DNA of 64,000 nucleotides from the human T2T-CHM13v2.0 reference genome, Homo sapiens (GCF_009914755.1 NC_060936.1), one strand, 5' to 3'. Positions 44,699 through 59,185 are shown, numbered from the stretch's first letter. Program-made: numbers and translations. The notes: a model not told the origin generated them from the letters alone.

Positions 44699-45594
44699 TG
44701 ATGAGGGTTGCCCAGTCCAGTCCTGGGGCCCAGCTCCCCACCAGACCTACCCCTGACACTTGCAGGGTCTAGAGTTGGTATGCATGGAGGCCCTGGCCCC
44801 AGGCCACCCAGCCCTGTCTTCCCAACATGGGCTGCAGCCAGGACTGGAAAGACCTTGCTTACATATATGTAGATGCCAGCCCACCAGGCCCAGCTCCAGA
44901 CACACCCACCCCCTGAAACGGCTGCCCCTTGGCCAAGAGGCCTACTCTTACTGGTGGCAGATTTGTCCTGGGAGCATGGACCTTGGATGGGCTTAGGGAA
45001 GGGCCCCTCCAGGCCACAGAAGGGGGCTGAGGGCTGTTGGAGAAGGGGATTCCAGGATCTCAGCTTCTGGATTCGGTCAGGAGAGGGGCAGGCCCCCGGT
45101 GGGCACGTCCCCTGTGGGAGGGGGCTCAGCTGAGTCCTCTAAGTAGCAAGCAGGTAGTCCAGGTCCAAGGTGATGCCATCTCCAAGCTATCCTTGCTCAT
45201 GGCCAGGGGGGTGTTGGGGAGGCCGAGGGGGTGATCTTGGGCCCCTCCATTCCACACCGCTCCCTATCCAAGGCCAGCCTCTGAAGTCCCTGAGGGGCTT
45301 CCATGCCATGGTGACCTCGCCGGCACTGCCCGTCCAAGGCCTGCTATGGAGAAGCAGAGACCCGCTGTGCCTCACCCTGAGGCTGGGCCTTCCATCGCCA
45401 GAATCCCACTGCAAATGTCAGACTTTCATGTCTCACTGAAGCCCCGTTACCTGGCAGGTGGCCATTCTCTCAGGGAGGAGCTGTGACTCAGAGAAGGGAG
45501 GGTACACATGGGGGAGGGAGGGGCCAGGGCCCAACTTCAGGTCTGCGTCCCCAGGGGAGGTCCCGGCCCTCTGCCCTGGACCTGTGGTGGGAGG

Positions 45595-45725
45595 GAGTGT
45601 GTGTGCGCACGTGTGTATGTGTGTGTATGTGCGTGTGCAGGTATGTGTGTGTCTGTGCATGTGTGCATGTGTATGTGTGTGTGTGTGTGCGTGTGTGTGG
45701 TCCTGGCCACACATGCACATGTGAT
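45595..45725 (+). repeat. Imperfect (TG)n / (TGCA)-rich tract
   Basis: Alternating purine-pyrimidine run. Confidence 0.85.
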
Positions 45726-48121
45726 AGGGTCCCACATGGTGTCACACTATGTCAGGGGCATCATGCCAGCAGATGCCGTGGGACACTGTCTACTGGGGTG
45801 ACACTGTACCAGACACAATGTGTCTGTCCATGTCTGCGGACACTGCTGGGTGCCTCTGTTGTCTGTGATGCAGTTTATCTGTGGCAGTGGGACACTGTCC
45901 AGTTGACCCTGGCGGGTGGATGGGCATTGCTTACCTGTGTCTGTGCCACTGTCTGCTGCTGCTGTCCTGCAGACACTCTCTTCTCTATCTGTTTGGGACT
46001 CCGTGTGTATCTCTGTAACACTGTGGATGTGTCTGCAAGGCACGGTCCAGGTGACCCTGTGAGTGAATGGAGACACTGTCCCAGGACACTGTAAATCAGA
46101 CTGTGTGTGACACTTCCCCTAGGAGCCTGGACAGTCAATGTGACACTATCTGTCTCTGTGACATCATCCGGGTGGCCTGTGTGTGTCTCCGTGACACCAG
46201 CCAGATGGCCTTGCTGGATCCCTGTGGCACTCTCCCCTTGTGACTGTAACTGTGTGCCAAGGCTTGAGACACCCTGCTGGACACTGGCTGCTGGTGACTG
46301 CTGGACTCATCCTTGAGTCTCTGAGTCATCCAGGCCACTCCCCTCATCCACCCAGATCCTGAGAAGAGGACTTGCGGCAGCAGAAATCACCACAGAGACC
46401 TTAGCCCTCAGTGACCACAGACCAGGGTGCCCACTGCTGGACGGATCTGACACCCGTGGTCTTGTCCACCCTCCTGCCTCCCCACACGGGTGCATCTGTC
46501 ACCCTAAGCCCTCTCTGTCCTCAGGGGCAGCAGTGGCAGGGCCTTTCATCCTGGACTGGACCCCACCCAGCCATTTCCAAATCTGGGAGCCTCTCCGGGG
46601 CTCCCAGGGCACAGCACCTGTCCACCTATTGAGCCCCTACAATGGGCCGAAACTGTTCGGACACTGGGGTGCAGTCAAGTCCCTGCCCTTGCCAAGTACA
46701 CCAGGAGCACCCCTCACGAGACCACCCTTGGATGCAGAGCCCCATCCAGCCCCCGCCCACCAGATGCCTAAAGCTCCGCTGAAGCCTCGTGTTCTGGAGG
46801 AAAAACAGCCTAGGACAGGAGTCGGTGAACCTGGCTGATGACTCCTTTGCTGTGTGACCCTTAGATAGCTTGCTGAACTTCTCTGGGCTAAGACCTGAGA
46901 TGGCCTAAGGAAGGGCTTTGATGGTTGGGAAGTGCAGTAGAAAAAGCAGAATGCCCTGCACTGGCACAGACTCCTTGGTGCTCAGAGGCCGCTGCTTCTC
47001 TTAGAACAGCCTCTGAGTCAAGTGCTGTACATGCCTTGTCTCCTCCGAGCCAAGCCCTCTTTGATTTCCACTTTGCAGATGCGGAAATAGGTTCAGAGAA
47101 GGCAAATGGCTTGCGTGGAGGCCCCACAGATGACAGAGCTAGGACCAAACCCATACTCGGAATAACCTCTAAGCTGCCCACTGTGGTCTCCAATATGGAG
47201 GAGGCATGGCAGAAATTATCTTCCCCTTTTACAGACGGGGGAACTGAGGCTTGGAGAGGGAATGTGATGTTTGGGGGTTTCTGGACTCCCCAGCCAGTGC
47301 TCCCCCACCCCTCCCTAATCCCTCTACCATCCTGAGTGCAAAGCACAATGATTATGGTGAGGGGAGGGTTGGGCAGGAGGAGAGAGCCTGTTGGGGACAA
47401 AGGATCCCTGTGGCCACACAATGGTGACAATCAAAGCCAGATGACAGGCACTGGGCTCCGGAGCAGCTTGGAACCCACCTGCAGCTTCCTCCAGACAATG
47501 GGGTGCCTGTGTTCCTGGGAGGGGCACAATAGCCCCCTGTGTTTGGGGGCCTGCCTCTCCCTGCACCACTCTGGGGGCAGGAGACGGTCATGGCAGCCTC
47601 GCCTAGGAGCCAGGTGGGAGGGGCTGGGTAAGCCCCCACATGGTGGAGGCAGGAAAGCGGGAACAGGCAGCCCACCCGCCTGGTATGGTTTGGAAGATCT
47701 CTCTTCTCTGACCCAAACACCTCACCAACAACAGCCTGTCACCATGCCTAGAAGTGTGCAACTAGCTCTCCAGTCCGTTGCCTTTGGAGAATCAATTTAC
47801 ACATCTCAGAGCCTCAGTTTCTTCATCTGTAAAATGGAACCGATAGACCTTAGTTGGCAGAAGTGCCATGAAAATTCAATGAGAGAGGCACATTGAGTGA
47901 CACACAGTAATGGCTTGATAGTAATGGCTTGAGATGAGTTAGTTCCTTTTCAGGATGGATGGATGGATGGACAGAATAGATGAGTGGAAGGATGGGTATG
48001 AGGTGAGGGCCTGGGTAGCAACTGGAAGGATGAATGACAGATGGAATAATGGCTGCGGTGATCAGGGAAGGCTTCCAGGAGGAGGCAGACAGGCAGAGAG
48101 GAGGGTACTCCAATTCCCTAG

Positions 48122-48535
<414 letters not shown>

Positions 48536-49617
48536 TGATCAGGCGCTGGGGTTTGTCTGTCCCTCACCAAGGCCCTTCCAGGGGACAGGACAAGGACTCC
48601 AGTCCCTCTCTGTGCTGGGGAGAGGTGGCAAAGGCACGAGACTTGGCATCACGTGGTCCCAGCACCAAGTTCCAGCTCCACCTCTTCCTGGCTGTGTGAC
48701 TTTGGGCCAATCCCTTTCCCTCTCTGAGCCTCAGCTGCTTCTACTCTGTAAACTCGGTGTATCATCCTGACCTCACCCTGGTGTCATGGGCAGCGAGAGG
48801 TGATAGAGATGGGTGTCTCCAGTGCACAGCAGGTTCACAGTCTGGCTGCAGCGCAATGGCCGTGAAGGGCTCAGGGCCCAGAGTCAAGACCTGAGTCATG
48901 GCCTCTGGAATCCTAACATCCCCCTAACTTCTGTCCTCCAGCCCCTGAACCTTGAAGGGGTCGATGGGACATTTCATAATTTAAAGAGACCAAGCAAGAG
49001 ACTCTCGAACCACAGCCGCCTCTTAATGGAATTGCTGAAAAGGGCTTTTTAATTAAAAATAAGAAGTTTGGGACAGGTTCATATCCATAATTCAGGACCC
49101 TGGCACTGCCACCTCCCGTGATTTCATTTCCCTATATTTATGTCTCTCTCTCGCAGAGATCTATATTATTAAAATCCTGCATGAAAAATGGGCTCAGCTT
49201 TTCAGGTGGAGTTGTAAATATTTACCCTTCCTAATGCAGGTCCCCCCACCTCTGTCTCAGGAAGCTTAGGGGCTTTTAAATGCAGCTTAAGCATCCCAGA
49301 GATGTCTCATTAAAATTTAGTCTTGCTTTTCCTTCTGCTTTGTTTAGCACCTACAGAGCAAGGGAGAGTGGCTGGGAGGGGGCCAGGGAGGTGATGGGGG
49401 TAGGGTCAGGGGACCCTAGCTAGGTGGGCCTGGAGACCCCTGCAGAATCTCCAGAGCCCCAGCCCAGAGAAGAGCCTACAGGGCAGGGGAAGTGCCCGGA
49501 GCTGGCTCTTCCTCGGGGAAGGTCATGTCTGCAGTGTTGGCTGTGCTGGCCATGGGCTGTTCCATGTCGCCCCCTTTCAGCCCCCACCTCACAGAGCCTG
49601 GGGGGCTTCCTGAGTCA

Positions 49618-49833
49618 CTCCCTTCCCTCCCTCCCTCTCTCTCTTCCTCTCTCTCTCTTTCTTTTTCTTTCTTTCTTTCTCTTTCCCCTTTTTCTTTCTT
49701 TTCTCTCTGTTTCTCTCTCTACCCTCTTTTCTTTCTCTTCTTTCTTTCTCTTTCTTTTTTCTTTCCTTCTTTCGTTCCTTCCTTCCCTTTCTTTCTTTTC
49801 TTTCTTTTTCTTTCTTTTTTCTCCCTTCCTTTT

Positions 49834-49885
<52 letters not shown>

Positions 49886-49978
49886 TTTCTTTCTTTCCTT
49901 CCTTCCTTTCTTCCTTCCTTCCTTCCTTCCGTTTCTTTCTTTGTCTCTCTCTCTTTTTCTTTCTCTCTCTCTCTCTCC
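49618..49978 (+). repeat. ~360-bp polypyrimidine tract ((CT)n, (TTTC)n, (TTCC)n), expanded tail of the AluJ at about 49979-50225
   Basis: Almost purely C/T, directly abutting an antisense Alu. Confidence 0.92.
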
Positions 49979-50825
49979 AAGGTCTTGCCCTGTCTCCCAG
50001 GCTGGAGTGCAGTGGCACAAACACAACTTACTGCAGCCTCTATCTCCTAGGTTCAAGTGATCCTCCCACCTCAGCCTCCCAAGTAGCTGAGACTACAGGT
50101 GCCCACCATCACACCTCGCTAACTTTTTTAAAACTTCATTCATAGATACAGGGGGTCTTGCTATGTAGCCCAGGCTGTTCTCAAACTCTTGGCCTCAAGC
50201 CATCCTCCCACTTCTGCCTCCCACCTTCCCCCTTTCCTTCCTCTGAATTTGCCACACTCTCATGAGCCTCCAGGCCTTCATACCTGCGTGGAATACTGGA
50301 ATAGTTTTCTGCCCAGAGTCACTTTACTTCTCCTTAGTTCCTTCGAGTCTCTGCCTGCACATCTGTTTCTTGGGAGAATGTCCAGGCCTTGGGCTGGGTT
50401 AGGGGCCCCTCCCTACATGCTTGCCTTGACAGTGGCAATGTCACAAGCGGCTGTCGTTTCCATCTTGCCACCACCCCCATCTATTGGCTTCCTGGAGATG
50501 GGGAGTGTTTCTTGCTCCCCACCATGTCCCCAGCACCGGCACAGGGTCTGGAAAGTCATAAGCCCTCAGCAAGGGGACATTCAATGAGGGTTGCACAACA
50601 GAGGAGAGTCAGGGATTTGCCCAGAGGGTCCTGGGTGACAGCTTTCCTAAACTGCTTTCCGGGCTGTGCCACGTGGCCCTGCCCAGCTCTGGTGGGTGAT
50701 TCTGAAGGTCTGGGGTGGCCCCCAGCTCGGTTTTGCCCTGACCACAGGTTCAGAGCATGAATCACAGACACACGGGGCAGGGGTCTACCCACAGGGTTTT
50801 TGTACACACCGTTGGGCGGACAGTG

Positions 50826-50986
50826 CACCAGCTTTAGTGAGGTGTCAGTTACATACTGCAGAAGGCACACACTGGAAGTGCATCATTCAATGGTTGTCTG
50901 GATATTCACAGAGTTTGCAACTAGCACACAATCAATTTTAGTACATTTTCATCATTTCCCTCAAAAGGAAACTCCCTCATTAATAG

Positions 50987-51024
<38 letters not shown>

Positions 51025-51390
51025 TCCATGGCAACCACTAACCTTTCTGTCTCTCTGGATTTACCTATTCTTGGCATTTCATATAAATGAAACTATTAAC
51101 ATGTGGTCATTTATGATGGGTTTCTTTCACCAAACATGCTGTTTTCAAAGATCATCGATGTCTTCACATGTATCAGAATTTCATGCCTTTTTAACAGCTG
51201 AGTAATATTCCATTGTAGGGATAGACCACATTTGATTTATCCAGCCCTCAGTCGATGGACGTATGGGTTGTTTCTACTTTTTAGCTATTATGAATAATGT
51301 TGTTATGAGCATTTGTGTACAAGTCTTGATGTGGACGCATCAAGTCTTCATTTCTCTTGAGTAGATAGTGGAGAGTAGAATTGCTGGGTC
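50826..51390 (-). mobile_element. L1MB-like 3' end fragment with internal (CA)n
   Basis: ggcaaccactaacctttctgtctctctggatttacctattcttggcatttcatataaatg...agtagaattgctgggtc. Confidence 0.75.
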
Positions 51391-51401
51391 TTGTGCTTGG
51401 G

Positions 51402-51615
51402 TTTTTTTTTTTTTTTTTTTTTTTTTAAGATGGGGTCTCACTGTGTTGCTGGAGTGCAGTGCCTACTCACAGGCACAATCATAGCTCACTGCAGCCCAGA
51501 ACTCCTGGGCTCAGGTGATCCTCCCGCCTCAGCCTCCTGAGTATGCTTGGGACTACAAGTGCACCTTGGCAGGTGTACTTACTTGTATACTTGGGACTAC
51601 AGGTACACACCCAGC
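51402..51615 (-). mobile_element. FAM (7SL-derived fossil Alu monomer)
   Basis: FAM-type segment gcagtgcctactcacaggcacaatc after a T tail. Confidence 0.7.
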
Positions 51616-54113
51616 CTTGCTGGGGTTTTGTGATGGCATTTTGGCACTCTGAAGCTTTCTGGCAGCCTCCTGGGTGGTGAGGGAAGGGCCGTGCTGACAG
51701 CTGGGAGTGGCAAGAGGGGAATATACAGAGGATAGGAGAGCATTTATCAGCCATGACACCTGGGTAAGTCCCTCCATCTCTGAGCCTTGGCTTCCCCACC
51801 CGCCATGCAGGGATAATCGGTGTGCCTCCTGGAGTTGCCGGGGGCCATATGAAATGACAAGTCAGAGTGACAAGCCTCGGTAGCCACTCCCCTTCACCAG
51901 GTGTGGGACGGGCCCTGGGAACGCTGCATCAGCTGTCAAGCGCTGCTGTTCCTGCCCCTCTTCCCGGGCCGGGTGCTGTCAATCAGCTCCCACACACTTA
52001 TCTGGGGTCGTGGCCCCCTAGTTCTGCCCGTCCTGTGGGTGCTGAGTGAATGTCTCCTCTGCGCAGAGGTGTCCTCGCTCATTTTCCAGCTGATGGAGCC
52101 AATTAGTAGTGTCAGGAGGTTCTTCTCACCTGTGATTCCATTATAACAGCCAGAAGGGAAGATGCTACTCCAAGGAGATCATTAAAAAGTCTAAATTATC
52201 AGGTACCCAACGCAGCCTCTCCTCTCACTTGCCCAGAGACAGCAGCAAGGGCAGTGGGGGGTTTCCATGGGGTGGGCGGTAGTCAGAGATCAGGGAAGCC
52301 CCTGGGCTTGGCTTGAGTGGAGCAGGGCCCCTCCTCCCCCATCCCCAGGCGCTGGCTGCCAGGCATCAGGTGCCCCTGTCCTCTGTGCTGTGGGCCAGTA
52401 GAGAGGGGAGGGGACCCAAGGCCTCTCCTATTCCCGAGTGCTTGACTTTCCCTGCCCCAGTTCACACAATCCTCACAAAGGCAGCCCCGGTGATTGTAGA
52501 GCCTCAGTTCCCCTGGGTCTGCAAGACACAGAGCCTGTGCTTTGTCAGCCTCAGTGACAGGTCATTACTGTTATTGTGTTATTAATATTGTCAACATCTC
52601 CTACACCCACCCAGATACACTTTGCAAAACTCTGCCCTGGTGGAAAAAGCCCTGGAGTGGGAGTGAGGGGTCCAGGTTCCAGGCCCTGTCTGCTACGGGA
52701 GACCCCAGTGATGGTGGCAAATCCCACCCCATTGGGCCTTGAGTCACCATCTGCACAGTGGGGATGATCACATTGCTGTGTGGCAGTGCCTTGCAGTGGC
52801 CAAGGTCTAGAGTGGCAGCCAGGCTACCTGCTCTGCCCTTCACAGGTGACTTGAACCCTTAGAGCCTCTGTTTTCTCATCTGTGAAATGGGAGAATAATA
52901 TTCCTCACTCCGCTGGGTTGTGGTGAAAAACTGGGTTGTGGTTACACGTGCAATGCCTGGCTCAGAGCAGGACTCAGTCAACATTAGCAAATGTGGCCAA
53001 TGCTTGGACCTGCTCTGAGGACCCAGAAAGGTGAGGGGTAGAGGGGTGTTTGGGGGACCGCCATGCAGTGGATCAAAGGGGGCGATGGTTTGGCTAAGAG
53101 AGAAAGAGAGAGAATGGGGCCAGCATATTCATTTCTCCTCCAAGGTAAACCAGGAAGGAGCTCCTAGGTAGACCCCTGGCCCCTGAGGTGAGGCCACGCT
53201 GGCACTCGTCACCTGAGGGACCCTTCACCTGGGGCAACCATGCAGCTGTCACCCAGGGGCTGCAGTTGGAGCCCCTCTTCCGTGTCACTTTCCAATCTGC
53301 CATGAGGAATCAAAGACACTGACGGGCCTGTTAGTGCCCATTCTCCGGGGATCACTCAGACAATTTCCCCATGCTCCGTGACAACGGGTGGTAATTAAGG
53401 TGTCAGCATATCATTTAGCCCTTTCAGTGCAAAGCTCAGAGACAGGCTGGGTGATCTTCAGCCTCATTAATGAGAGACGTGCAGAGAGAGTGGGAGGGTG
53501 GGAGGCAGGTGCGCTGGCTTCAGAGAGGGACACACGCCCTGCTTCCCCTTCCAGACTGTGTTGGCCATTCTTCCCAGGTGGCTTCACTGACCTCCTGTAG
53601 CAGACAGGGCCTGGAACCTGGACCCAAGGGGGAGGGATGCATCCAGTGGGCAGGTGGATATCTGAGCAGCCTCAGGGCTCATCGCCGTGGAGGTGGGCAG
53701 GAGAGGAGATGGCCTGGGAGCTATAGAGGGGCAGAAGGGACCAAGGACACGTTGGTTCTGCTGCATCAAACGTGCCCCCAGCTCTGGGGACCCCCATCAA
53801 AGCCCTCAGGAGGCTGCTTGGCCAATGGGCGGTGCAGGCCTCATGCTCCCTTCTAGGCAGTGACTCCTGGAAGACGGGACCATGTATGTCACCTCCATCT
53901 CTGTCTCCAGTTCTCCAGAGCTTGGCAGAGAATGAAACTCCATAAATGCTTAAAGGGTGCAGGCAGGCAGGAGGGAGGGAGGGAGAGAAGGAAGGAGGGA
54001 GGGAGGGGTAAAAAAGACAAATAGAAGAGAAGAGAGGGGTCAGAGAGGCAAATGTTTGATAATGAGAGGAATGAGGTATGAAAATGATATGAGCATTAAA
54101 AAAAGGATGCTGG

Positions 54114-54922
<809 letters not shown>

Positions 54923-55086
54923 AGTTTATATATACACCTGTGTGTACAAAAGGGAGGAAAGAGAAAAGAGAGAGAGAGATGGAGATACAAAAAAAGTGCC
55001 TGAGATTTAGTGCCTGAGAAAGCTGAGGCTTCAGCATAGCTTGACCAATCACACTGTCTGTGTTGAGAGGCTCTCTTGGCAGAAGC

Positions 55087-57168
55087 ATCACCATCCCCAT
55101 AACCACCACCACCACCACCATTATCACCATTGTGACCACCATCACCACCACCACCATCACCACAGCACCATCACCGTCATCACCACAGAACCACCACCAA
55201 CACCACAGCACCACCACCACCATCACCACCACCACCACTACCACCACCACCACCATCACCATCACCATCACCACCACCACCACTACCATCACCATCACCA
55301 TCACCACCACCACCACCATCACCACCACCATCACTATCACCATCACCACCATCACCACCATCACCACCACCATCACTATCACCACCACCACCATCACCAC
55401 CACCACCACCACCACTACCACCACCACCATCACCACCACCATCGCCATCATGATCACCACCACAATCATCACCACCACAACCGTCACCACCACCATTACC
55501 ACCATCATCACCACCACCACCATCACCACCATCACCATCATCACCATCACCACCACCGCCATCATCACCATCACCACCACCACCATCACCACCACCATCG
55601 CCATCATGATCACCACCACAATCATCACCACCACAACCGTCACCACCACCATTACCACCATCATCACCACCACCACCATCACCACCATCACCATCATCAC
55701 CATCACCGCCACTGCCATCATCACCATCACCACCACCACCATCATCACCATCACCACCACCACTACCACCACCATCATCACCACCACCATCACTACCATC
55801 ACCACCATCACCACCATCACCATCATCACCATCACCACCACCACCATCATCACCATCACCACCACCACCATCATCACCATCATCACCACCACCACCATCA
55901 CCATCACCACCACCACCATCACCACCACCACCACCATCACCATCACCACCACCACCACCACCACCATCACCACCACCATCATCATCATCATCATCACCAC
56001 CACCATCACCACCATCACCACCACCACCACCACCATCGCCATCATGATCACCACCACAATCATCACCACCACCACTGTCACCACCACCACCGTCACCACC
56101 ATTACCACCATCATCACCACCACCACCACCATCACCACCACCACCACCACCATCATCACCATCACCATCACCACCATGATCACCACCACCATTATCACCA
56201 TCACCACCATCACCACCACCACCACCATCACCACCACCACCACCATCACCACCACCACCACCATCACCACCACCACCACCACCATCATCACCATCACCAT
56301 CACCACCATGATCACCACCACCATTATCACCATCACCACCATCACCACCACCACCACCATCACCACCACCACCACCATCACCACCACCACCACCATCACC
56401 ACCACCATCACCACCACCACCATCACCACCACCATCATCACCACCATCATCACTTCCATTACCATTGCCACCACCACCATCACCACCACCACCATCACCA
56501 CCATCATCACTGCCACCACCATCATCACCATCACCACCACCACCATCACCACGATAATCACCTCCATCACCATTGCCACCACCACCATCACCACCACCAC
56601 TATCATCACAGCACCACCACCATCACCATCACCACCATCATCACCGCTACCACCATCACCACCACCATTATCACCACCACCGTCACTACCACCACGACCA
56701 CCACCATCACCACCACCATCAGCACCACCATTATCACCACCACCATCATCACCATCACAACCAGCACCATCATTATCACCACATCACCAGTAGCAGCATG
56801 ACCACCATCACCACCACCATTATCACCACCACAACCACCATCAATACCACCATCACCACTACCACTCCAGCACCATCACAAAAAGCACCATCATTATCAC
56901 CACTACCACAAGCAGCAGCATGACCATTATTATCACCACTACCATCATTACCACCATCATCATTACCACCAGCACCACCATCATCATCACCACCACCATC
57001 ATTACAAGCAGCACCATCATTATCACCACCACCAGCAGCAGCAGCATGACCACCATCACCACCACCATCATCACTACCGTCATCACCACCGTCACCATCA
57101 TAACCACCATCATTATCATCACCATTAAGGCCACCATCATCACCATCATGACTGCCATCACCACCACC
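55087..57168 (+). repeat. ~2.1-kb (CAC/CAT)n = (GTG/ATG)n trinucleotide array with higher-order units
   Basis: Direct inspection; variant blocks recur at 156-bp and 132-bp spacing. Confidence 0.97.
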
Positions 57169-57706
57169 GTGTGTGGGAGTAGCAGCAGAGAGAAGGCAGA
57201 GCCCTGGGGCATGCCTGCATTCAAGAGGCAGCAGAAAGGGAGGAGGCTGCACACACACACACATCAGACAGGTAAGAGGAGAACAGGAGAGAACGTGTCT
57301 CAGAATCAGAGGGCAAAGAGAGTTGCAAAGAGGGAGTTAGAACAGTGTTTGACATCCCAGGGAGGCCTGCGAGGTGGGACAAATGCCTGTCCAGGGCTTG
57401 GGGGCAGCATTCGCAGGGGTTGGAGGGTCAGAGCAGATGGCAGTGGGTGCAGGAGTGAATGGGAGGTGGGAGTGGAGTGAAGGCACCAGGGTGCTGGTTG
57501 GAAAGAATCTCCTGGTTGCTGAGTGGAGAACAGATGGAGGGAGAAGCCCAAGGCGAGGATGTCAGGAGGGGCTGGTGCAGTCCTCCATATGGGAGATGGT
57601 GGCCGCCCTACCTAGGGAAGAGGCCATAGGGAGGGAGACTCAGGGGCCTTGAAGGAGAAACCCTTGGCCACGCTGGCCATCTGGACACCTCATCCTCATT
57701 GCCACT

Positions 57707-58161
57707 ATATGTTTGCTAGGGCCGCCATAACAAAGTACCACAAACTGGGTGGCTTAACACAACAGAGGTTTATCCTCTCCCAGTTCTGGAGGCCGGAAAT
57801 CTGAAATCAAGATGTCAACAGGGTAGGTTCCTTCTGGAGGCTCTGAGGCAAAAAAATGCCATGCCCTTCTGCTGGCTTCCGATGGTTGCAGCCTGCCCTT
57901 GGCATCTATGGCTTGTAGAGGCAGTCCTCCCATCTCTGCCTCTGTGATCACCCGGTGTTTTCCTCTCTGTGTCTATGTCCAAATTTCCCTCTTCTTGTAA
58001 GGACATTAATCGTTGGATTAGAGCCCACCCTAATCCAATGTGACCTCATTTTATCTTGAATATATCTGCAAAGACCTTCTTCTGGATAAAGTCGCATTCA
58101 TAGGTAGCGGGAGATAGGACTTCATCATATCTTCTGGGGGGACACAGTTTAAACCACTGCA
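57707..58161 (-). mobile_element. MLT1 (B/C-like) solo LTR
   Basis: gccataacaaagtaccacaaactgggtggcttaa...cagttctggaggc...gacctcattttatc...tctgcaaagacc. Confidence 0.85.
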
Positions 58162-59185
58162 GCCACGGTCACACTGGCTGTCATCCCCATTGCTAGAGGC
58201 ATTTAATCAGCACCTAATTGTCCCCAGAGCTGGCCCAGGCACAAGGATCCTGCTCTCATGGAGCTTATAGTCTATGACCCAAACACTGGACAGAAATATT
58301 GGGGAACAGGGCTGGGGCTTGGCAGATCAGGGGAGTGCCTGGGGCCACCCTTTGGAGTGCCGTCCTCAGAGTTGGCCTAGGAAAAGAAAGCAGGCTGGGG
58401 GGAGGGGTTGCAGCGTCTGCCCCAGCACCTCCTCTCCTTCCCTGGCATTTGGATAAATCCACAAAGAGCCCATGACATCTGGAGCCTGTGTAAACGGAGC
58501 ATAAATTAGCTCTAACAATCGCATCTGGAGCTGCCACGCTGCAGTCTGTTTCCTGCCGAACCCTGGGTGGGCTTGGGGTGGGTGGGAGGGCAGAAGGTGG
58601 CCTGACTGTGCCTGAAATCCCACTGTTAGCATCACTTTATTTTTAGAAGCTTCTGCTAAAATGCATGTGTGCTCATGGCACGCGGGACACCAATTCCAGG
58701 ATTCTTTTCCTAGATTGTGGAGTCGGGAGGCTAATGATGGGGACATGGTGGGGCAAGCCTTGCAAAGCGGAGAAGTCGATGGGTGGGGCACCTCCCGGGG
58801 GCGAAGGAAACTGAGGACAGGCTTGGGGGCTGCTGGGAGGGAGGGATGAGAGGGGACAAGCCAGAGCCAGGTGTGGCCACGAAGCCAATGTCACATCCTG
58901 CACCATGCTTCCAGCATCACACTGTGAGTCCCAGAGCCAACCAGGGTTGAGGAGGTAGGGAATGGACTACCGGGGCCCAGACCTTTCCACGCATTAACTC
59001 ATTTGACTTCAGCTTATACTGATGGTGCCTGGTGAGGATGGTTTGTATCATCCCCATTTTACAGATGAAGAAACTGAGAGCCAAGACCAGACCATTCCCA
59101 GGTCTCTGAGCCAGGATCTGAACCAGGTGCTTCGACTCCTCATCTTCCTTGTTGTCTTGCCCCACACCTGTCCAAAGAGAAGGTG

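Noticed and set aside
45433-46138. Cys/Val- and His/Thr-rich ORFs up to 203 aa
   Set aside because: Arise from the (TG)n tract and the degenerate motif array; no recognisable domain
45735-46300. CRISPR-like repeat-spacer array
   Set aside because: Eukaryotic locus; 8-bp degenerate units, irregular spacing, no cas genes
46493-46504. 12-nt match (CATCTGTCACCC) to the 7SK 5' hairpin; possible 7SK pseudogene
   Set aside because: The flanks do not continue the alignment by eye; an Infernal search with the Rfam 7SK model would be needed
49424-50145. Long F/L/S-rich and K/E/R-rich ORFs
   Set aside because: Translations of the CT tract and adjacent Alu
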